Under the pieces are notes generated by a model. It saw only the letters and a program-made list of their open reading frames with translations, searched no databases and was not told where the DNA came from. Shown piece by piece: positions 53,801 to 64,000 of a stretch of DNA of 64,000 bases; within the stretch, counting starts at the first letter, position 1, and every line of letters begins with the position of its first letter. Where the stretch lies: assembly GCA_031267825.1 (NCBI GenBank), contig JAIRYJ010000033.1, forward strand, positions 32,519-96,518. Direction: 5' to 3'. A program made the position numbers and the translations under genes. The stretch comes from Bifidobacteriaceae bacterium. GTDB taxonomy: Bacteria > Actinomycetota > Actinomycetes > Actinomycetales > WQXJ01.

Positions 53801-54886
53801 CTAAACCAGTCGGTGCGTCCAGCCATGGCGGTCCGCCACCCGGCCGTACTGGATACCAGTTAGCTCGTCATATAACGCCATGGTCAGTTCACCAGGTGTG
53901 CCGTCACCAACTGTGACATCGAAGGTTTCACCAGCTAAACGCCCAACTGGTGTCACCACGGCGGCCGTGCCGCAAGCGAAAACCTCAGCCACGCCACCAG
54001 TGGCGATCCCATCAAGCAACTCAGTCAAAGTGATCGGCCGTTCAACCACTTCACGGCCACGGTCCCGGATCAACCCCAGCAGCGAACCGCGTGTCACACC
54101 CTCAAGGATGGTGCCTGAAGTAGGTGGCGTCACAACCTCACCTGAAGCCATCACAACCAGCACATTCATGCCGCCCAGCTCCTCCAAAGTGGAAGACGTC
54201 ATGGCGTCAAGGAACAGCACCTGCTCACAACCATGCTGGTAAGCGGCCTCCTGGGCAACCAGTGAAGCGGCATAGTTACCGCCACACTTGGCGGCCCCGG
54301 TTCCGCCCGGGCCAGCCCGGTGGAAAACCTGGTCAACCCAGATCGAAACCGGTGCCACCCCGCCTTTGAAATAGGCTCCCACCGGTGAGGCGATCACAAA
54401 ATAGGACACCTCATGGGCGGCCCGCACGCCAATGAAAGCCTCACTAGCGAACATGAACGGCCGCAAGTAAAGCGAAGTGCCCGGCTGGCTGGGCACCCAC
54501 TCCTGGTCAACCGCCACTAACGCCTCAAGTGAGCCGATGAAATCCTCGACTGGCAGTTCTGGTAGCGCCATGCGCCTAGCCGAACGGGCGAACCGTTCAG
54601 CGTTGGCGTCTGGCCGGAAGGTATGAATCGAACCATCCGCCCAGCGGTAGGCTTTCAAACCCTCAAAAACCTCCTGGGCGTAATGCAGCACGGCGGCAGC
54701 CGGTTCTAAAGACAACCGGGCGTATGGCGTGATACGCCGGTCATGCCAGCCGGTACCCCCAGCCGACCAGGTGATGGCCGCCATGTGGTCGGCGAATACA
54801 GTGCCGAAGGTTGGCGCCTGAACTAAGGCGGCCCGTTCGGCCGGCCCGGTGGGTGAGGGATGCGGTTCAAGAGCAAACTGGTTCAT
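53801..54886 (-). CDS. ilvE: Branched-chain amino acid aminotransferase
   Basis: 361 aa. Fold-type IV PLP enzyme (EGLKAYR, GTGAAKCGGNYAAS). Confidence 0.95.
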   Translation of the reverse strand: MNQFALEPHPSPTGPAERAALVQAPTFGTVFADHMAAITWSAGGTGWHDRRITPYARLSLEPAAAVLHYAQEVFEGLKAYRWADGSIHTFRPDANAERFARSARRMALPELPVEDFIGSLEALVAVDQEWVPSQPGTSLYLRPFMFASEAFIGVRAAHEVSYFVIASPVGAYFKGGVAPVSIWVDQVFHRAGPGGTGAAKCGGNYAASLVAQEAAYQHGCEQVLFLDAMTSSTLEELGGMNVLVVMASGEVVTPPTSGTILEGVTRGSLLGLIRDRGREVVERPITLTELLDGIATGGVAEVFACGTAAVVTPVGRLAGETFDVTVGDGTPGELTMALYDELTGIQYGRVADRHGWTHRLV

Positions 54887-54922
54887 TGTTCCTCCTTCGT
54901 TGTGGCCCGGCGAACCTGAAGC

Positions 54923-57078
<2,156 letters not shown>

Positions 57079-57126
57079 CTAGTGCTAAGCCGGAATGGGG
57101 CTGGGACTGGTAGGGCGGCATCGTAC

Positions 57127-57648
57127 TTATTCAAGGGCTCGCTCCAAAGCCCGGTCGGTGATCCGTTTGGCTCCCCGGCCAATTCCGACTGTGCCGGACT
57201 TGACCAGTTCGCGGATACCGTACGGTTCAAGCAAAGTAAGTAAAGCGCTCAGCTTCGAATCGGTTCCGGTCACCTCAATAATCAGAGTTTCAGCTGAAAC
57301 GTCAACAATGTGGGCGCGGAACAATTCAGCTATCTGTGTCACCTGGCCGCGGCTGGCGGCGTCCGCCTCAACCTTGACCAGCAGCAGGTCACGCTGAACC
57401 GAGCCTTCCAAGCCGTCCAGTTCAACTACTTTCAGCACGTTGATCAACTTGTTGAGTTGTTTGGTGACCTGCTCTAAAGGGTGATCTTCGACATCAACCA
57501 CAGCGGTGATACGGGAGATCGCTGGATGCTCAGTTGGGCCAACCGCCAGCGAGTTGATGTTGAAACCGCGGCGGGCGAACAATGCCGCCACCCGCGTTAG
57601 GACGCCTGGTTTGTTCTCCACCAGGACGGACAAGGTATGTGTTGCCAT
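57127..57648 (-). CDS. ilvN: Acetolactate synthase small (regulatory) subunit
   Basis: 173 aa. ACT domain begins HTLSVLVENKPGVLTRVAALFARRGFNI. Confidence 0.95.
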   Translation of the reverse strand: MATHTLSVLVENKPGVLTRVAALFARRGFNINSLAVGPTEHPAISRITAVVDVEDHPLEQVTKQLNKLINVLKVVELDGLEGSVQRDLLLVKVEADAASRGQVTQIAELFRAHIVDVSAETLIIEVTGTDSKLSALLTLLEPYGIRELVKSGTVGIGRGAKRITDRALERALE

Positions 57649-57671
57649 GATTCGCCTCTTTCCCGGAGATC

Positions 57672-59453
57672 CTAGAACTCGTCACGCTCGAAAGTTGGGG
57701 CTAAGCCTCGGGCGTATTCAATTGTGTTGTTCGAAGCGCCGCCCGCGATCATTGGCCAGACCTGGGCGTCACGCGAGACTTGGAAATCAATCAGGACCGG
57801 GCGGTCAGTGATCACACCAGCCTGTTGAATGACTTCATCAATCTGCCTAGCTTCAGTGCAACGCAGGGCGGCGCAGCCGTAAGCCTCAGCCAGTTTGACG
57901 AAATCAGGGATCATGGCGGTGTCATCCCCGGTGTGCAGGTCGGTGTTGGAATAGCGCTGACCGTAGAACAGGGTCTGCCATTGCCGCACCATGCCAAGCG
58001 ACGAGTTGTTGATCAACGCCACCTTGACCGGAATGTTGTTTAGGGCGCAGGTCACCAATTCGTGGCCGGTCATCTGGAAACAGCCGTCACCATCAACCGC
58101 CCAGACTTGGCGGTCTGGGTTCGCTACCTGTGCTCCCATGGCCGCCGGAACGGCGTAACCCATGGTGCCTAAACCACCAGAATTGAGTAGGCGCCGCCCA
58201 CCCGAAATGTCGAGGAACTGCTGCGCCCACATTTGATGTTGGCCCACACCGGCCACAAAAATCGCGTCCGGGGCGGTCAGAGCTGACAGACGCTCAATTA
58301 CTAGCTGCGGGGCGAGCCGTCCGTCTGATGGCTGGGCGTAGCCCGCTGGGTAGCGTTCACGCAAGTCATTCAGATGCTTCCACCAATTGGTGTAGGCCGG
58401 TTTGGTTTCCCAAGCGGCGACCTGCTGATTGAGGTCGGCCAGGACCAGGGCGGCATCCCCCACGATCGGGATTGACACTTCAACGTTCTTACCGATTTCG
58501 GCTGGGTCAATATCAGCGTGGATGATTTTGGCACCAGGCGCGAAGCTGTCGAGTTGGCCTGTCAGGCGATCATCGAACCGTGAACCGATCGCCAAAATGA
58601 CATCGGCCTGCTGTAAGGCGGCTACCGCTGGCACTGTCCCATGCATGCCTCCCATACCGAGGTTGGCCGGATGGTCATCAGGAATAGAACCAACCGACAT
58701 CAAGGTGATGACAACTGGTGCGCCCGACTGGTCCGCTAACCGGACCAGATCACGCCCGGCACCAGCCCGGATAATGCCGCCGCCCGCCAGAATGACTGGC
58801 CGTTTGGCCTGCCGCAAAGCGGCCGCCGCTAGCTCAACTTGTTTGGCTCGTGGCTTGGTCACCGGGTTATAGCCAGGTAGTTCCATTTTGGCTGGCCAAG
58901 CCCAGTCGGTCAGTTCATTTTGGGCGGATTTGGTGATGTCCACTAGGACCGGGCCAGGCCGTCCGGTGTGAGCGATGTGATAGGCCGCTGAAATGGCGGC
59001 CGCGATCTGGCTGGCCTCCTTGACAAGGAAGGAATGCTTCGTCAGCGGCATGGTGGCGCCGACTATGTCAGCCTCCTGGAAGGCGTCCGTGCCGATGGCT
59101 TTAGCACCAACCTGACCGGTGATCGCCAGCAGCGGCACAGAGTCAATGTTGGCGTCGGCTAGAGCGGTGATCAGGTTGGTCGCTCCCGGCCCGGAGGTTG
59201 CCAGACAGACACCGACCCGCCCAGACGATGCCGCGTAGCCGGTCGCGGCGTGCCCGGCGCCTTGTTCGTGGCGGACCAGGATATGGCGGATCGAGGACGA
59301 ATAGAGCGGGTCATAGGTCGGCAGGATGGTTCCACCTGGGATACCGAAGATTACATCGACACCCAATGCCTCCAGGGTTCTGATGATGGCTTGGGCACCG
59401 GTTAAGCCTGTTGCCGCCGCTGCTGAGCGGACGGTTGGGCGCGGTTCCGTCAT
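57672..59453 (-). CDS. ilvB: Acetolactate synthase large subunit
   Basis: 593 aa. ThDP enzyme ([24 protein letters not shown]). AAGGAAAGGAG lies upstream of the ATG. Confidence 0.95.
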   Translation of the reverse strand: MTEPRPTVRSAAAATGLTGAQAIIRTLEALGVDVIFGIPGGTILPTYDPLYSSSIRHILVRHEQGAGHAATGYAASSGRVGVCLATSGPGATNLITALADANIDSVPLLAITGQVGAKAIGTDAFQEADIVGATMPLTKHSFLVKEASQIAAAISAAYHIAHTGRPGPVLVDITKSAQNELTDWAWPAKMELPGYNPVTKPRAKQVELAAAALRQAKRPVILAGGGIIRAGAGRDLVRLADQSGAPVVITLMSVGSIPDDHPANLGMGGMHGTVPAVAALQQADVILAIGSRFDDRLTGQLDSFAPGAKIIHADIDPAEIGKNVEVSIPIVGDAALVLADLNQQVAAWETKPAYTNWWKHLNDLRERYPAGYAQPSDGRLAPQLVIERLSALTAPDAIFVAGVGQHQMWAQQFLDISGGRRLLNSGGLGTMGYAVPAAMGAQVANPDRQVWAVDGDGCFQMTGHELVTCALNNIPVKVALINNSSLGMVRQWQTLFYGQRYSNTDLHTGDDTAMIPDFVKLAEAYGCAALRCTEARQIDEVIQQAGVITDRPVLIDFQVSRDAQVWPMIAGGASNNTIEYARGLAPTFERDEF

Positions 59454-59527
59454 GGCCTGCTCCTTTCCTTAGTGACTCGTCCTAGTTGAAAGTTGAGTTG
59501 GTATTTGACTGTTGCGGCTGCGGCAAC

Positions 59528-59557
59528 AAAAAACCCTCCAGCCGTTTGGCGGGAGGG
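59528..59557 (-). terminator. Attenuator terminator in the ilvB leader
   Basis: Minus strand reads CCCTCC-cgccaaacggct-GGAGGG followed by TTTTTTGTTGCC. It ends 74 nt upstream of the ilvB ATG. Confidence 0.6.
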
Positions 59558-59578
59558 CGCGCGGCAGACCTCGGGCGG

Positions 59579-59617
59579 TTAGTCCGCACGCGGGTTAGCT
59601 ACTACAAGCTGTCGCAC
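59579..59617 (-). CDS. Candidate ilvB leader peptide MRQLVVANPRAD
   Basis: GTG start, 12 codons plus TAA, containing Leu-Val-Val. TAGACT (a TANNNT -10 hexamer) ends 6 nt upstream of the GTG, suggesting a leaderless start. Stops 21 nt before the hairpin. Confidence 0.4.
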   Translation of the reverse strand: MRQLVVANPRAD

Positions 59618-59738
59618 GCGGTCAGTCTAGACCGCGTGGCCACGCCTCGGAAAGAACTGTCCAGATGGCGGACAGGGTGAATCTGGCGCGACTGGATTAG
59701 GACAAAGGTGGAACCAGGCCGGCTGGGCGTCAGGTAGC

Positions 59739-61361
59739 GTGAAGGACATGACTGCCGTGCTTGAGTTTTTGGCTGGCCAACCTGTCCTCCTGCTATTCAT
59801 CCTGGTGGGGATCGGTTCGGCGATAGGCGAAATCCGGGTCAAAGGTGTGGCGATAGCGGCCGCCGCGGTTCTTTTCATCGCCATCGCTTTCTCGGCTTGG
59901 GCCAAATCCGGCGGCATTGATATCAGCCTCGAACACCTTGAGATCTTGGGCTCGCTTGGGCTTATTTTGTTCACTTACACCGTTGGTGTGCTGTCCGGCT
60001 CGAACTTTTTCGCCTCACTGCGTGAAGGCTGGCGGCCGATTCTAGCGATGATTGGTCTATTAGTGGTCTGCGCCTTGGTCGCTTTCGGTGGCGGCAAAGT
60101 CCTCGGTTTAGATGAGGCGACTTCTGGCGGCACACTGGCCGGCGCTCTGACTAACACACCAATGCTGGCTTCAGTCCGGTCCGCTTCTGGCGACAATAAC
60201 GCACCAACCATTGGCTACGCCGTGGCTTACATATTCGGCGTGCTCGGGATGTTGTTCTTCGCCCAGATGGCTTTACGTCAAGCCCCTAAAGACCGTGACG
60301 CCCCAACTCCACTAACTTCGCGCACAATCCGGGTCGAAACTGACTCGTCTCCTTCAATCGCCGCCCTTGAAGAACGCTATGAAGGTCACATCAAATTCGC
60401 CCGCATTCGCCACGGTGAGCACAACCCAGTATTGGCCGCCACCGATGAGGACGTATTACGCCGCGACGATCTGGTGACTGTGGTTGGCCCGGCCGGCTTA
60501 GTTCAAGATGTCACGGCCGAACTAGGTCACAAATCATCCCATGATCTGAGAGCCGACCGGCGTTTTCTGGATTTCAGACGAATTACAGTATCTAACCCTT
60601 CATTGTCTGGGCGTACCATCGCCGAACTAGATCTAGAGGAACGTTTTTCCGCCCGGATCATCCGGGTGCGGCGCGGTGACGTTGACATGCTGGCCGAACC
60701 GGGTCTGGTACTTCAAACCGGTGACCGGGTCCGGGTGGTGGCCTCACGCCAAACGATGGATTCACTGTCAAAGTACTTCGGGGACTCAGCTCGTGGCCTG
60801 GCTGACATCAATCCAGTTGGATTCGCTATTGGATTGGCTCTTGGAGTTGGGCTTGGTCTGATCCAAATACCTCTCGGATCCTTTTCTTTCGCGCTCGGTC
60901 CGGCCGCTGGAACGCTGCTGATGGGACTAGTTTTCGGCCGTTTAAGACGGGTTGGGCCTTTCGTCACAACAATGCCAACATCTTCTTCCCAGGCGATCTC
61001 CGAATTAGGTTTACTAATGTTCTTGGCCCAAGCCGGGATCTCAGCTGGAACTCAGATCGCTGGCGCCTTCGCCTCCGGCGAATGGATCAAGATCTTGGTC
61101 CTCGGCATGGTAGTAACAACAGTCCTAGGACTAGGCATGTACTTAGTGATGCGTCGGGTCTTCAAGTCCGGCGGTACACGCTTGAGCGGAATGCTAGCTG
61201 GCGCCCAAACTCAACCGGCTGTCTTGGCCTTCGCCAATGCCAAGACCAACACTGATTCACGCGTCGCATTAGGTTACGCCCTGATCTACCCTGGAGCGAT
61301 GGTCGCCAAAATCCTCCTAGGACAGATCATGGGGCTACTAGCATTAGCTCAGATCAACTAA
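59739..61361 (+). CDS. AAE-family (YidE/YbjL-like) transporter with two central RCK_C/TrkA-C domains
   Basis: 540 aa. Duplicated TM halves flank two TrkA-C-like segments (RDDLVTVVG, TGDRVRVVAS). Confidence 0.75.
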   Translation: MKDMTAVLEFLAGQPVLLLFILVGIGSAIGEIRVKGVAIAAAAVLFIAIAFSAWAKSGGIDISLEHLEILGSLGLILFTYTVGVLSGSNFFASLREGWRPILAMIGLLVVCALVAFGGGKVLGLDEATSGGTLAGALTNTPMLASVRSASGDNNAPTIGYAVAYIFGVLGMLFFAQMALRQAPKDRDAPTPLTSRTIRVETDSSPSIAALEERYEGHIKFARIRHGEHNPVLAATDEDVLRRDDLVTVVGPAGLVQDVTAELGHKSSHDLRADRRFLDFRRITVSNPSLSGRTIAELDLEERFSARIIRVRRGDVDMLAEPGLVLQTGDRVRVVASRQTMDSLSKYFGDSARGLADINPVGFAIGLALGVGLGLIQIPLGSFSFALGPAAGTLLMGLVFGRLRRVGPFVTTMPTSSSQAISELGLLMFLAQAGISAGTQIAGAFASGEWIKILVLGMVVTTVLGLGMYLVMRRVFKSGGTRLSGMLAGAQTQPAVLAFANAKTNTDSRVALGYALIYPGAMVAKILLGQIMGLLALAQIN

Positions 61362-61502
61362 GCCGGACCTAACTCAACCAAATGGGTCACGTTTTACAGT
61401 CCGGGATCGGTGCGGCCGATTCGGCCAAATGTGGAGACCCGGCAAGACTTGCTAAGATAATTTCAAATAACCACTCAAATCTCTACTACAGAAAGACGGT
61501 CA

Positions 61503-61832
61503 ATGGCCAAACGAGTTGTTCTTGAGTTGTTAGACGATCTAGACCAGACACCGGCCACACAGTCGGTTGTCTTTGGACTGGACGGCCGCCTCTTCACGAT
61601 TGATCTGAATGATCAGCACGCCGGGGAGTTACGCGCGTTTCTGGAAACCTACACCGCAGCGGGCCGTAAAGTAACCGGCCGCCGGGCGGGCGTCGGCGCC
61701 AGGCGGACCGAAACTGAAGATGTCGATCTGGCCGCTGTGCGGGCCTGGGCGGCATCGAACGGCATCCCGGTCCCTAAGCGTGGCCGCGTCTCCAACGACA
61801 TCATCGCCAAATATAAAGCGGCCGGTTACTAA
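61503..61832 (+). CDS. lsr2: Lsr2-family nucleoid-associated protein
   Basis: 109 aa. N-terminus is MAKRVVLELLDDLD, and the C-terminal DNA-binding motif is VRAWAASNGIPVPKRGRVSNDIIAKYKAAG. The upstream region is AT-rich. Confidence 0.9.
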   Translation: MAKRVVLELLDDLDQTPATQSVVFGLDGRLFTIDLNDQHAGELRAFLETYTAAGRKVTGRRAGVGARRTETEDVDLAAVRAWAASNGIPVPKRGRVSNDIIAKYKAAGY

Positions 61833-61898
61833 AAACTGGCCTGTTAGCCATCAGCTAGCTGGGCCACCTGAGGCGGCCCAGCTAGCTAGGTTTAGTTC

Positions 61899-62921
61899 AT
61901 GCGCGCAATCACCGCTCAGCTTCCCGGCGTGCCGGAAGTCTTAGTCCCCACCGAAGTTCCTTTGCCAACCCCCGGGCCGGGCGAGGTTCTGGTCAAAGTG
62001 GCCGCCGCTGGGGTCAATTTCATTGACACTTACTTACGTTCCGGTGTTTACAGGACACCTTTCCCGATTTTCCCCGGCTCAGAAGGAGCCGGACTGATCG
62101 AACAGCTAGGTGACGGCACCGAAGAGTTCAGCCTTGGCCAGCCAGTCGCCTGGGCTAACTCACTGACCGGTTCTTATGCCGAATACGCCCTAGTAGCGGC
62201 CAGCCAAGTACTTCCCCTGCCGCCAGGCTTACCTTTAGAGACCGCTGCCGCGCTGCCGTTACAAGGCATGACAGCTGATTACCTAACCCGCTCAACCTAT
62301 GGCGTCACCCGGGGCACTCAAGCCGTCATCTACGCCGCGGCCGGCGGCGTTGGCGGACTGGCCACCCAGATGGCGCTGGCCGCCGGGGCTAGAGTCATCG
62401 CCACTGTTGGCACGGCCGACAAAATAGCCACTGTCGAAGCCTTCGGCGTTGAACCAAGCGACATCATTGTTCTAGGCGCGATGAGCCAACTTGAACGGCA
62501 GTTACCGCAAGCCATCCTGGAACGGACCAACCTGGCGGGGGCTGATGTCATATACGACGGCATCGGACAAACTACTTTCCGGGCGACGCTGGCAGCCCTG
62601 CGGCCACGCGGCATGGCGGTGCTCTACGGCGGGGCTTCCGGCCAAGTTGAACCGTTCGACCCGCAAGAACTCAACGCCCACGGATCGCTCTATCTCACCC
62701 GGCCAAAACTCGGCGACTACAGCCGGACCCGCCAAGAACTCCTCGACCGGGCTGGCCGCGTCCTTCAAGCCGCTGTCAGCGGTGATCTGGTGGTGCGGAT
62801 CGGGCAGCGTTTCGCCCTGACCAACGCGGTTGAGGCCCACCGGGCGATCGAATCCGGCCTGACCCAGGGCAAGATCCTGCTGATTCCTGGCGCCACCACT
62901 TGGGACACACCCAATCAATAG
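61899..62921 (+). CDS. qor: NADPH:quinone oxidoreductase (zeta-crystallin/MDR family)
   Basis: 340 aa. Contains GVNFIDTYLRSGVY and AAAGGVG motifs. Confidence 0.8.
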   Translation: MRAITAQLPGVPEVLVPTEVPLPTPGPGEVLVKVAAAGVNFIDTYLRSGVYRTPFPIFPGSEGAGLIEQLGDGTEEFSLGQPVAWANSLTGSYAEYALVAASQVLPLPPGLPLETAAALPLQGMTADYLTRSTYGVTRGTQAVIYAAAGGVGGLATQMALAAGARVIATVGTADKIATVEAFGVEPSDIIVLGAMSQLERQLPQAILERTNLAGADVIYDGIGQTTFRATLAALRPRGMAVLYGGASGQVEPFDPQELNAHGSLYLTRPKLGDYSRTRQELLDRAGRVLQAAVSGDLVVRIGQRFALTNAVEAHRAIESGLTQGKILLIPGATTWDTPNQ

Positions 62922-62978
62922 CAATTCCGCAGGTAAACTGGCCGCAAGCGATCCGGCCATAACCGAAAGGTCAACACT

Positions 62979-64000
62979 GTGCGCCCTTCTTCACGTTCCA
63001 CGGAGTCCGCTGCCATCATCACGGCAACGGCCGTCCTGATAGCCGGGCTGATCGCCGCCGCGCCAGCCACGGCGGCCGAGCCGACCGAACCCGCCGGTGC
63101 GGCGCCCGCCGAGCAGGCAGCGGGTACGGCGCTTGACCCGCAAGCGGCACCCAGCGAACCCGCTGGAGGACAAGCCCCAGCGGCGCTTGACCCGCAAGCG
63201 GCGCCCAACGCCGTCCCGGCGAGCTGGACGCTGAGCGGCTCAGGCTACGGCCATGGTGTCGGCATGTCGCAATACGGCGCCCAAGAGATGGCCAAAGCCG
63301 GCTACAACGCCAACTCCATCCTCAACTTCTACTATCCGGGAACCACCATCGCCAACCGGCCAATGGACAAAATCCGGGTCCAGCTAATCCAAGCCCCCAC
63401 CGTCACAGTGCGCTACGCGGCGACCGCCGGCTACCTGACACCGGCTGGCGGCAACCCGGTTTACGCCACCACCGGAACGGTTGTCACCTTGTCAGTCTCC
63501 GGATCACAAGTCGTGGCCAGCGGCTTAGGCTCAACTGTCACCGGCTCATCGATAGCTTTAACCTGGTTAGGTGCCTCAAACTGCACCGGCTTTGTGACCG
63601 TGGACGGCACCAACGGAGGAACCTTTGGCTACTGCCGCGGCACCATGACAGCTAGCGTGATCGGCGGCAAAGTCAACCTGACGGCCAACTTGAGTCTGGC
63701 AAGGGAATACATCTACGGCCTAGGTGAAGTGCCGTCATCTTGGGCGGCCGCGGCCCTCCAAGCTCAGGCCACCGCCGCCCGGACTTACGGCGCCAAACAA
63801 ACCTACAAAGCGAGCTGCGACTGCGAGGTCTACTCCGACACCAGGTCACAGTATTACGCTGGGCGCTCCAAAGAAGCCGAAGCCTACGGCGACAACTGGG
63901 TGTCTAACGTCAACCTGACATCCGCTAGCGACACGAGCGCCGCACTGGTGCTTTACAACGGAAGCCCAATCACGGCATCGTACAGCGCGGCTAACGGCGG
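62979..64000 (+). CDS. SpoIID/LytB domain protein, partial (3' end beyond right edge)
   Basis: GTG at 62979 follows GAAAGG. Signal/TM segment, Ala/Pro repeats, then [13 protein letters not shown] and [19 protein letters not shown]...SYSAANGG. My manual translation shows the frame open to position 64000. Absent from the track because it has no stop in the window. Confidence 0.8.
   Translation, partial: MRPSSRSTESAAIITATAVLIAGLIAAAPATAAEPTEPAGAAPAEQAAGTALDPQAAPSEPAGGQAPAALDPQAAPNAVPASWTLSGSGYGHGVGMSQYGAQEMAKAGYNANSILNFYYPGTTIANRPMDKIRVQLIQAPTVTVRYAATAGYLTPAGGNPVYATTGTVVTLSVSGSQVVASGLGSTVTGSSIALTWLGASNCTGFVTVDGTNGGTFGYCRGTMTASVIGGKVNLTANLSLAREYIYGLGEVPSSWAAAALQAQATAARTYGAKQTYKASCDCEVYSDTRSQYYAGRSKEAEAYGDNWVSNVNLTSASDTSAALVLYNGSPITASYSAANG

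Overview
This is a chromosomal segment of a high-GC Gram-positive (actinobacterial-type) genome, with no rRNA, tRNA, CRISPR array or recognisable IS/transposase.

**Gene content, left to right**
- A long low-complexity ORF runs off the left edge.
- The conserved nadD-proA-proB-obg-rpmA-rplU block lies on the minus strand.
- An accessory-looking stretch of about 19 kb follows:
  - an iron-boxed siderophore-interacting protein;
  - a LacI/ABC sugar-uptake/FAD-oxidoreductase locus;
  - a low-GC lipoprotein;
  - a purine/NCS2 permease;
  - a repeat-rich secreted protein;
  - a caspase-like/NACHT/14xWD40 STAND NTPase locus.
- Next come cydBA (minus), a 1110-aa RNase E (plus) and cydDC (plus).
- A DevS-like double-GAF kinase, an SDR and a NarL-type regulator follow.
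- rnc-rpmF-yceD (minus) comes next, then a VanZ-like gene, a small alarmone synthetase, an AlkD-like gene and mutM.
- A His-rich membrane protein, an MBL hydrolase, an ATP-grasp gene and an LLM oxidoreductase follow.
- An ilvB-ilvN-ilvC-leuB-ilvE-cimA cluster (minus) comes next.
- The window ends with an AAE-family transporter, lsr2, qor and a partial SpoIID/LytB gene.

**Most interesting observations**
1. The 20.05-26.29 kb locus holds an unknown 283-aa gene followed by a 1542-aa STAND NTPase. The NTPase's caspase-like N-terminus appears to have lost both catalytic residues. The pair is bracketed by an intact and a decayed copy of the unknown gene. It is a candidate NLR-type defence or signalling module that I cannot assign to a named system.
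2. CydB is about twice its normal length. A roughly 365-aa insertion containing three ~57-aa repeats sits in its last extracytoplasmic loop.
3. Two look-alike leader-peptide/terminator modules lie upstream of ilvB (Leu-Val-Val peptide) and cimA (Val-Ser-Ile-Ile peptide).
4. A 31-bp palindromic element is present three times.
5. An eleven-unit array of 11-bp repeats lies between proA and nadD.
6. Two local inversions would explain the split cydAB|cydDC, rne|rplU and rnc|mutM neighbourhoods.

All functional calls come from reading motifs by eye. No database search was run.
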